From Ginglymostoma cirratum (Eukaryota), in contig JAHRHZ010000288.1 in NCBI GenBank assembly GCA_024137785.1, positions 7,910,820 to 7,974,819 of the forward strand: a stretch of 64,000 nt of DNA, read 5' to 3'. The first letter of the stretch is position 1; every line of letters begins with the position of its first letter. The translations under genes were made by a program, and so were the position numbers. Below, piece after piece: positions 13,323 to 23,900 of the stretch. The notes beneath the pieces were generated by a model that was not told where the DNA came from, made no database searches, and was given only the letters and a program-made list of their open reading frames with translations.

Positions 13323-14487
13323 ATGAGCATGGATGCATTGGGGAGTCAGATGATGGACCCATCATCATTCGCCAAACGAAACCCAGCGCTGAGATTAGTA
13401 GATCTGGCAGGAGCTCACAACCATCATCATCACCATCCCCCTCAGAATATGACAGGTTTCCCGGGGCTCAGCGGCCATCCCCACTCAATGGCACACACGC
13501 ACCCTGGGGAGAATACTGGAGAACCCCGCCTGGGGCCGAGTCCTTTCGGGCCTGAACACATGGGGCACCCTGCAGCCGCCGCTGCACTTAAACTCAGCCC
13601 AACCCATCCCCACCACCATCACCTCCATCATCATCACCATCATATGGCAGGCCACGCTGAAGTTGTCTCCAATCCCACGGCAGCGTTTGGCCCAGCGCAG
13701 GCGGCAGCAGCAGTCAGGTACTCGGTTTCGCATTCCCACGCCAGCTACACTGCCCAGACTATCTCGGCAGGTAGAGATTTCCTCATCCGCAGGGATTTGA
13801 CATCCTCAGTAATGCCAGGGCTCACTGATCAATATCCCGGCACAAGTTCTCACCACGGAATGTTTGTATCAACAACAGGTAGTTACCCTGGACACCATGG
13901 TCACCCCGAGGCTGGGAACCACTCTCTATTCCCTGGACTGCATGACCAGCCTCCCCTTGCAGTCCCAGCTGGACACCATCTGAACGGACAGTTAAGACTG
14001 GGGCTACCTGGAGATATGTACGCCAGGTCTGAGCACTACAGTCAAGTGGCAAGTTCCAGGAGTGATCCTTTTGCCTCTTCCCCTCTACATGGCTACGGTG
14101 GCATGAATATTAACATGAACATAACTGGCCACCACGGTCCAGGTGCTTTTTTTCGCTACATGAGGCAACCCATCAAGCAGGAACTGATCTGCAAGTGGAC
14201 TGAACCGGACCCTGTCACTAAAAAACCATGCTCAAAAACTTTTAGCACGATGCACGAACTGGTTACTCACGTAACAGTGGAACACGTTGGGGGACCAGAA
14301 CAGTCGAATCATATCTGTTTCTGGGAAGAGTGTCCACGAGAGGGAAAGCCTTTCAAAGCCAAATATAAACTTGTAAATCACATCAGAGTCCACACTGGCG
14401 AGAAACCATTTCCCTGTCCATTCCCTGGCTGTGGCAAAGTCTTTGCCAGATCAGAAAATCTCAAGATCCACAAAAGAACTCACACAG
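13323..14487 (+). CDS. ZIC4: Zinc finger protein ZIC4, first coding exon (His-rich N-terminus, ZF-NC region, zinc fingers 1-3)
   Basis: ORF contains [30 protein letters not shown] and [17 protein letters not shown]...KIHKRTHTG. It ends at the phase-1 donor ACAG|GTCAGT (intron starts 14488). The ORF tail to 14663 is intron read-through. Confidence 0.95.
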
Positions 14488-17400
14488 GTCAGTACTTTCG
14501 AAGGATCATTCTATTACCTGCTTCTAAATGCATTTTCGTTAATAAAAGCTGTTTTCGGTCTATTACCAGTGGGACAAATACACAGCGAGCCAAGGGTTTA
14601 TGTGGCTTGGAAAATAGCCGATTTTTTTTTGTTGCAGCATTTAGGGAAACCACACAGCTCTGAGAACTTTGAATTGCTCTGGGTAATAAATAATGCATAA
14701 TGTTTTAGCTGTAAACAGTCTTCTGGTTACAGATAATAAATCTGCTCTGATTCAATTTCGACTGAAATTAAAAGTCACTAGGTTTCTCCCTTCAGCTGCA
14801 GTTAAACGTTGTTGGAAAGCATGACGTTTAGCTCTCAGTGGACACTATTTTAAGGTTAAGTCAATTTCAGTGAAAGCTTTTACAGATGGCGAAGAATTAT
14901 TAAGAAGAGCGTTGTCTATTTTGTGCTGTTTTTGTTTTGTTAGGATCCACAATCAAAAATATAATAATCACGTTCTACATTATCACTCCAAGTGTCTACG
15001 TACATCCTAACCTATTCGGTTTTCATGTTTTTAAAACAAAAACAATCCAAACATTTTCGACGCTTAGAATTAATGAAAGCAAATTTTCAGGCCTACGTTC
15101 TGAAAGAAAAAATGTCATTTGCAGAGCCATTTGAGAAACTGGGACATGTGTCATAAACATCTGCTAGTTCCACTTAGCAGCAAGTAAATTCAGTAGATCG
15201 AAGCTTGTTCAAAGCTGCTTTTGAACTTCCCGAGCCAGAATAATCCATAAGTAATGCAACCGCAGAGATGAAATTTCCCACTCCTCAGGATATATTAAAA
15301 AAAAGTCTGCATTAATTGAGCTTGCAGCAGAGGTTCGATACGTCGCGGACTCGCTCTCTCATTGTCTGTTGCCTGCCTTGTGCTCGACCTTGCTCAAGTA
15401 GTAAACATTTAAGGCAAATTCTACCCCCACCCACCCTTCACCCAGAACTTCTCCTCAAAAGGTTGGACATATTTCAGTTTTATGATCAATGGTGTGGCAG
15501 TGAAACATGTTCCTCTTGTTTCGTCTGCGTCCCGACCAGCGTTGGCCGAGCGAAGGTTTGGGAATGGCCTAGTGTTTGGGGGGTGTTTGGGGGGGAGATA
15601 CAGTGGCTTGTCAAATGGGTAGGTACAATATAATCTGAGGCACTTTGCTACGTGTAAACTTTTCAAAACTGCCTGCTTGTATTTTCTTTTTATTTTCCTG
15701 CCTCAACTGTTCCCTGTTACAGAACTGTGCAATGACGGCTGTATTTTTTTGCTGAATTGAATTGAAATGCATTGTCAATGTACATGGTATCTAGGAGAGA
15801 TTTGTAGGCCTCTCTATAGCTGGGAATCTAATCTTAATTTACATTCAAAACATATTTTCCTTTACTCTGTCACTTAAACATCGCCGATAGCACTAATAAA
15901 ATGTAACACTTGGTTTAAAAGGAAAATGCATAGTGACACAGGCATGTGAAATGGATATTCCAAAAGAAATGTATCACGGCATGAATGCATTAGGTTTCAT
16001 ATTTTTAAACAGTCGAATGTATAATACATACAAGTGTATCTGTGCAGTGGTTGCTGAGCAGGCACACTGTATGTGTCCAACAACTGATAGCATTGGCCTA
16101 AGCAAACTTTCCCAGCACTTCCAGCGACTTCAGCTCAGCGATAAAGAGTGATAAGCACTTAATTTGAGAAGGAAAATAATTCATTCGACCGACATTATTT
16201 CTATTTATTTTAAAATGTTATAATATCAAATAAAACGAGCTGTGTGTTTGGTAGCTTCGACTGCATTCATATGCCCAGTATTTCAGTTAAACAACATTCT
16301 CCATATGTTGCAATTAATCACCTTAAGTATGATAAATATCGCATTTCTCTTTTAGTTTAAAACTGCACACACTATTGTTACTAAATTCTTAAATAAAAAA
16401 TAGCAAGTATAGTAATTCTATTAACAAAGTAATTATGTTGTAAAATATTGATGTCATTTGATTGGCTTCAGTCCTTTATAGGCTAGTTTTATTGAATTGA
16501 AATCCCGTCCCTTTTACATTATTTATTTCAACAAGCATGGAAAGATTGCCTCTGGGTAAACAGAGACTTCAGTAGTTTTGTCACCTCACATAAAATATTA
16601 CCGTATGAAGTCAAAATCTAGAATTTAGCATGTATGTTTAAAGATTGATTAGAACGTGCAAACAGCTCGTCGAGTTTATCACCAGGTAGGTATCTTCTGC
16701 GAAGTTATGTGATGCAAAGTTTAAATTCAATTTCATGGAGGGTTTCTTCGACTGATTCATCTTAGCCAGGACTGAGCTAACTGGTGAGATGACAACTAAC
16801 AAGGATTGGTCGCAGTTAATCTTATATTACTCACTCCTTTATACACAGCATTAATAGTAAAGAAGGAGAAATGTGTAGCCAGAAGGAGTTTAGAACTCTC
16901 GGGAATTGGCCAAGCAGACTTCACGCTCGCAGTGTCGGACGCTCCAGACACGGCACAATAACAGTGTTTATGAGTCTGGGCTTCCCCATGGGTCCACTAA
17001 CTTACTACTAGCTTGTACTACACTAATATCGTTGATTGGCCGTCTCAACCTAGCAAGTGAAGGTCAAATTATTCTAACGGCTTTCTGAACGTTTGGCTAA
17101 TTACGGTGTAATGTTAAATCGACATTTGGAGAGTTCGGTGAAGGGTCTGTGTTACAAAGCACGTAGCCTTGCACTGTATTATGCTTACCACAGACATGTA
17201 GTTTTTAAAACAAAATTGAGAATTAATGATATTTTAATGTTCATTAGAATAATAACCATTAGAATAATAATTGAAAACTGGAAAAAAGTTTGTTATTTCC
17301 CTTCCCCGCTGTTTCAGAAATCCATTGTAAGTCACTTAGAGCATGTAACTGCTTCTTGGGCCTTTGGGTTGAGACTAACAAGCAGAAACCATTACGTCAC

Positions 17401-17600
17401 AGCAGATCTGCAGGAACGTACCTGCAACACTCCACTGCAATGTCATTGCTCTAAGTAGCTAAAAAAAAGATTTTTTTTTTGTCTGAAATACGTGTTAGTG
17501 ATTAAGTTGCATTTTTAATACGGGATAACAATGTTAGCAATGAAAGATAATACCTGAACGTTAGTGAACTCATCACTCTGCCATTGTCGATTTCTTTCAG
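14488..17600 (+). other. ZIC4: ZIC4 intron (GT-AG, phase 1)
   Basis: GTCAGT donor at 14488 and TTTCTTTCAG acceptor ending 17600. Splicing restores the HTG-EKPF linker in frame. Confidence 0.93.
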
Positions 17601-18037
17601 GAGAAAAGCCCTTTAAGTGTGAGTTTGAAGGCTGTGACAGACGTTTTGCTAACAGCAGCGACAGGAAAAAGCACTCGCATGTGCACACAAGTGACAAGCC
17701 CTATAACTGCAAAGTAAGAGGCTGCGATAAATCGTACACGCACCCGAGTTCCCTTCGCAAGCACATGAAGGTCCATTGCAAATCTCCACCCCCCAGTTCG
17801 GGCTACGAATCCTCCACCCCTTCGCTGGTCTCTCCTTCTTCGGACTTAGGTCGGGACCCCCCGGCTTCAGCCTCCCAGCTTGACCCCATCACGTCTTCCC
17901 ACGCAGCTAACCTGAGCGAATGGTATGTGTGTCAAAGCACAGGAGCAAGCGGTATTCCAACACCTCCGAGCAATTCATCATCACCTGGACCAGGGGAGCA
18001 CTCTTACAGAAACTCTGACCCCAGAACTATTCTCTAA
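17601..18037 (+). CDS. ZIC4: ZIC4 second coding exon (zinc fingers 4-5, Ser/Pro-rich C-terminus)
   Basis: [58 protein letters not shown]...[10 protein letters not shown] is typical of ZIC4. Stop TAA ends 18037. Joined CDS is 1602 nt, 533 aa. Confidence 0.95.
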
Positions 18038-18990
18038 CCAGAAACTTGGCCAAGAATCCGCAATTTTTTTTGGGAGAAAAGATACATACTGACTAATGCT
18101 TTGTGATGGTGTTAGCATTGCCATTGCTGCACTGGACTTGGCGAAACTACTTGAGTTTCTGGAGGCCTAGCGCCGAGGAACATAATGTAATGCACTGGCA
18201 TACGAAAAGACAATAACATATTAAAGAGAAAGTATCCTTAATGTAATCTTGCACATGTTGCAGTTTACAGTCAGGAATGTGTGTCTTGAACAACACAGAA
18301 ATTCCGTTCACATAAAGTGCTGCAAGCATAAAGTATTGTTTCCACAAAATGTTGTACAAAGAAAATCATTGTTTCATTTCTCGTTTTTACCTTTTTTTGT
18401 GGAAGGAAAATGCACTGCTGTATCTATTTGTTAAGAAAGTACGTTGCAATTCTTTCTGAAAGCCAGAAGGGCGAAAGCAGATATTCCCTACACCTGATGT
18501 GAATAGTAATGAACAAAAGCCTTTGTAGGCCAAAACAAAATGGATACTGTCTCTTCAAAAGCCTGCTTACCCTTTGACTTTTTAAAAACATTTCTGCAAA
18601 CTAGATTTTCGATGTTAGACTTTTTTGCGGAATAACGCTGTAAAAATATGTGAATATAGGTATAGACGAATACAACGTACATCTGTGTTAAGTAATTCGT
18701 TTACATTTTCTCTCTGCTTTGTTTTCCTTGAAATAATTTATTTAAAATGTTACAATAAAACACATTTTGTATAAATGACCCAAAGTGTTTATTACAGGGC
18801 GATTAAGACAGTGCACATTTTTTTTATTGGATTATGTTAAATAATTAGCGCGTGTTCTGTAAATTATAGTGTTTTATAACTGGAAGTTTTGACTATGTAG
18901 AATAATTTTCCTTATGTATTTCGACCCTGTTTTGATATACATTCGTACCGGTTTGCAATAAATTGATAATGATAGAAATACTGTTTAAAA
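18038..18990 (+). other. ZIC4: ZIC4 3' UTR with candidate polyadenylation signals
   Basis: AT-rich sequence after the stop, with AATAAA at 18754-18759 and 18957-18962. The true 3' end is not determinable. Confidence 0.55.
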
Positions 18991-19846
18991 TTTCTCAAAG
19001 ATGAGCCATTTGTCGTTAAAATACATCGTGAAACATCAGTTCCGTCTTATCTCCGTGACATATGTATTTAACCACTACTGAGGAGCAAGCGCTAACTCAT
19101 TGGTCTAGTCTGTTTCTTTTTGTCGTCAGGAGCAACAAACAATGTAGAACTTATGATTTATACTACACGCACGTTTCGTTTTAAATAAAACACATGAAGC
19201 TCTAACATCGGCGAAGCGTGTTTACCTTTTGTGGAACCTTTAAAAATTGTTGGTGAAGAAGTTATAAGACCGACGTATTGTTACGGTGAAACCCTACTAT
19301 TTAAGCAACAATCGTTGGAAAGTGTACTGAAGTCACATTGTACTTTTACTAATGTACGAATGGACTGTGTATAGTTTATAATCGTATTGTCAGAATTCAC
19401 AAGTAAATGCGTCTTGTAAAAATAAATTTTGTAAAATAAATAATACTGTCCGTTTGTCAAAATTTACAATGAAAATCTAAAGCACGCAGCTGCCTACTAC
19501 CTGTTAGAAGCTTACAGATAGTAATTGATAAATATCAATGGATGGATAGGTAATATCTAATTACGAAGATAACCAGAAATGTATACGATTTTGTTTTGCG
19601 ATTAAACAATGCATAAAACATTTATTCAAAACAAAAAGAAAGAAGTGATAAACCACTATTGTGCAAAAGAAATTTAGATCCAGTTTACTACAAATATCCC
19701 CATCTGGTGCACTTGACGAATCAAATGTCTCAATTTGGCAAAATAGTTATCTTTTGGGGATTTCATGAATTGCAAACAACTTTACTGGAATCCAAATAAC
19801 AATTCATGACTGAAATATGAAATATTTCACTTTCTCTTGCCATTCC

Positions 19847-19997
19847 NNNNNNNNNNNNNNNNNNNNNNNNNNNNNNNNNNNNNNNNNNNNNNNNNNNNNN
19901 NNNNNNNNNNNNNNNNNNNNNNNNNNNNNNNNNNNNNNNNNNNNNNNNNNNNNNNNNNNNNNNNNNNNNNNNNNNNNNNNNNNNNNNNNNNNNNNNN
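19847..19997. other. Assembly gap (151 N)
   Basis: Run of N. Confidence 1.
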
Positions 19998-20792
19998 TTT
20001 GGCATTAGCGCTTGGCGTAACCTAGTTGCTTTCTCTTCACTTTTTTGTGATATGGGGCCTAGCAAATGGGGATATAACGTATTGCACAGTAAGGGGACGA
20101 GGTTGCTATGCAAGATAAATAAAATGGGGTTAATATATTCGTTTCTCCCTCAGAGAAAGCCTAATCTACTACGTATATATTCCAGTAAAGTCTGGGCAGC
20201 TGTGAAAAGGTATTAATAATCCAATCATCTTTTCCTCAGTTTGCTCTGTTGCACGGCCAGTGACTAAGGTCGTCTGACTTCCTTGACAGTTTATTAAATA
20301 AGTTAGTTTTTCTTTCTTTCCTTAATAATGTTTTGCCGAGATCCGGCGCAGAAAGCATTTGTGAGCCAAAATAAAAGAAACCGCGAGAAGAAAATTAAAA
20401 TAGAGGACAGACATCTTCAGAAAAGACGTGGCATCCATTTCTGACAATATCCAAAATTCACGTGAAAGATATGGAAAGCAACCGAAACTTTTATCGATAA
20501 GCATAGAGAAAGGCGATGAAACAATGGAAGAACAATGAAACCAATAAAAGTTGAGTAGAAATACCGATAGCAAAGTTTTTATTTATCGTAATCTGCTTTT
20601 AAATCAGATTGTATGTCGTGTGTTACTTTTGCTGCAAAGCGATAACATTAACGAAATGAACTTTCGGGCAGTTTCTAAAAGTTTTGGGAGTCTTAGAAAA
20701 TTAAGAAAAGTAATTTTAGACGCAGGTTTATAAATGGGATTCATTGCGATAGGTAGTGATTCACCTTAATTTTTTTCATTTACTTGTTGCAG

Positions 20793-20915
20793 ATGTCCAT
20801 CCAGTTGCTATAGGTAATCCAAGCAATCACAATTCAAAAGACTGAATATCCTCGTGGAGACATCAAAGCAGAAAAATCTACAAAGAGTATTTCTTCGCAA
20901 CGGTGAATCTTCACG
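20793..20915 (+). other. ZIC4: Candidate alternative downstream ZIC4 exon
   Basis: Strong acceptor TTTTTTCATTTACTTGTTGCAG ending 20792. The first base A completes TGA with the TG before the internal donor at 17923. Donor-like CACG|GTGAGT at 20916. Confidence 0.6.
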
Positions 20916-23900
20916 GTGAGTTAGGATTTCTATGGCAATAGACAAGTCATACTTAAATACTGAAAGCCAAGTCTGGAGCTAGTGCAGTCTTTTCATCAAG
21001 AACGGAATGTGTACGTCTTAAGGACCATATGTAAGCAAGTTTGTATATATATGGTGATATGTGTGTCTGTATATTTATGTAAAATTTATAATACGTATAT
21101 TATATTTTACGGTGTGCAGCTCATTGTTACTTAAGGTTCGACGCCCCAAAGAAAGAACTCACGCGAAACATGACTTATGCCAAACTCCAGTAACACCATA
21201 AATAATATCAGTGGCCCCAGCTCCTGCTGAAAAAAGAAGACGGTTTGAGTTATCAGACTGTCAATTAAGTTTTTATTTCCTGTTTCCTCCCTGATATAGT
21301 TAATCAGGGAGCGAGTTAAACTTTCCATAAACTTTTAAAAGGTCGAGAGATCTCCCCTGCCCCCAACCCCACCTCCCCCCCCCCAACCAAACCCCAAAGA
21401 ATGAGAAAGAAAATAAAAGACACAAGGCCTCTAATCAGACTCGGGCTGTTCAAAGAGCCGGGTTTTAGAATTCCAAAGTAGGATTTTTATGGTACATCAG
21501 CACCGCACGCTAGGATCGCTATGGTAATGAACGGGGCAATAGCAAACTGCCTTCAAAGGAGGCACACTAGATTCGAGACACTCTATTAAGATACATTTGC
21601 GTTGACCTTTGGTTTCATGCTAGGTTAGTACAGTCAATCTTCACTTCATCATAATCTTTAATATTTTGAGGTTGGGAGGAATTCTCAGGCGGATTAGGGA
21701 TGGCCTGAATCAAACTGCTTGGCTCCTCGGAGAGGGAGCCCAGCAGGTTCGATCCCGACCCTGTGAGCAGATAAGTTGGGAATTCGTCTTTTAGTAATTG
21801 TCTTGTTGTTTATTTTATACAAGTACCCAGTGAATGGCGAAAAATAAACACAGCGAAAAATAACCAAACAGTCGAGTCCTCTTTAGTGAAAACTCTTGTG
21901 GCCGAATAAAAAGGATGGTACATTCTCTATTCAGGGCAGAAGTCTTTGAAGTGGGAGTTATTATCTAAGGAATTCTTCCTTGTCGTCTTAACGACGCTGG
22001 CGAAACGGAAAGCGTTCTTTGTCAGCGATTTGTTCTCCTCTCTGTCAAGCGTTTTCTGTCCGTTGGTTCTGAACCGTTTCTAAAGAGATAAAAGATGGAA
22101 AGACTTGTATTACTACCTTGAGCAGACAGGACAGTATTAAAACTGTTGCTACATTTTAGACTGAACCGGCAATTGTGTTGATGTTATGCTGTTGTCACCT
22201 GTTCAAATTCCTGATTCAAACATTAGCGTTCTACCGAAACTTCAAAATGTGCAGAACGGTTAGAATAAGTCTTACAGAAACTGAGCGTTGACATAAAGAG
22301 TTACTGTGTTAAAGTTAAAATCAGAGGATAATTATTTGAGCTTCCTGTCATTTCTGCGTGCACAAAATGAAAACATCCTGCATTAAACTCGATCCTTTTG
22401 TTTTCTTGCAGCAATGCAATATCAACGTTGAGAAACGTTCATTAACAAATCTCGGCTTCTGCATTTCAGACTCCTGCACGGTCGCCATTTTGTTCAATGC
22501 AATTTTCTATAGTTTTGTGTTAAGGGCTAGTTGCAGCAATCTGCATTAGCCAAAGGTATCATATTTGCTCCTCTTGTTTCAGTTCATCGCCCTTTTCCCC
22601 AGTTCTACCAGCAAGGTAGTCTTCTATTCGCGTGATCTTTCAAAATCCGTTATCCAATTTTTTTTTAAAGTTGGAGGGACAGAAAGAAACTTTATTTAGC
22701 AGTGCGTTCAAAAGTGCATCCTACCATCACAATAACATAGCCTGCATTGGATATGAAACAAAATTACCAGCGCCCCTAGTCCTTTTTAGTACACGGTGTC
22801 AGTTGGCGCACGAGTTAGAACAGATCACTAAAATGTTGCTGTTTACTATCCCTGGACGGATTTAGGGCCGATTTCTCCGGCGTAAATGCATTTCCCTCTA
22901 ACTCTGCAATCGCTTGAAGTGTCTGGGTCTTTTGTTTGCTGTTCACTTTTTGATTATGTCGGGTTTTTCCCCCCAAGAACACGGCAAATCGGCACTATAC
23001 AAGAAGTGCGAGGCATTACATTGCGCCTGACACCACTAAAAAAGGAATCTTTTAAAAAGCATTCAACCTGAAACAGATTCTTTCAGCCGTTTTTTTCACA
23101 AAACCTTGTTTAACAATATAAGCCAGTTTTAATTAAACTATTCATAGCTCTATCCCTATCGCCTTTAAAACTGGCCACAATTCTGTCCTGTTAGTTTCCA
23201 TGTTAAACTCCACACTAGGTTAGGTCCCTAAAGAAACAATGGGCATCTAACTTTTAATCATGGATTCTTTCAGCTGGGATTATTATGGCATCACATCGCA
23301 AATCAATCGTTTCCAAAATTGTGCGAATTGTCAGAGAAATAAGTTAGCAGCCTACGCTGTTTCGTAAATAGTTGGTTCTCAAATGTTGCAGACAAGTTGC
23401 AATTTGCAGGAAAGCAATTTTCTAATGAATTCATTAGCATGATTACAGAATTTCGTCCATAGTAACCCTCCCTCACCACCTCCCCCAACATCCTCCACCT
23501 TCCTCATTCCCCAAAAGTCCTGGAAGCGTTTCTTATTGCGCACGGACGTTCAGAATCTTTGCATTGAAACCTCGGTCTTGAGCAAATAATTTATTATTGT
23601 CAATCAAGTCGGAAAGAATTATTGGCAGTTACATTAAATGCAACGTCGTTCGCAATAAAATATCATAATGGATGGGGTAATCACATCGAATTGCAATCAA
23701 AAATGGGCGATATTTATTTTAATCGTCAAGTCTTATACATACTGATTACTGTGAAGTTTTTTTTCCTTACAATAGTAAGTCAGAGTATGTTGACAGCAAG
23801 TCACTTAATGTAGATGTTTAATGACTGCGAGGTGGTGCTGGCGGAGAAGAGGGGGCGGTATTTCCTTGTGTAACTATAAATGAAACACACAGAAAAAAAT

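Noticed and set aside
14488-14663. C-terminal tail QYFRRII... of the 446-aa ORF
   Set aside because: Read-through into the intron past the conserved HTG donor.
17564-17600. N-terminal [12 protein letters not shown] of the 157-aa ORF
   Set aside because: Intronic sequence upstream of the acceptor at 17600; the start is a GTG, not an ATG.
13323-18037. Alternative identity as ZIC5 (with ZIC2 as the partner)
   Set aside because: The partner N-terminus matches ZIC1, and [19 protein letters not shown] and SPPPSSGY match ZIC4.
19763-20113. ORFs spanning N runs (also 61022-61604)
   Set aside because: Artefacts of translating assembly gaps.
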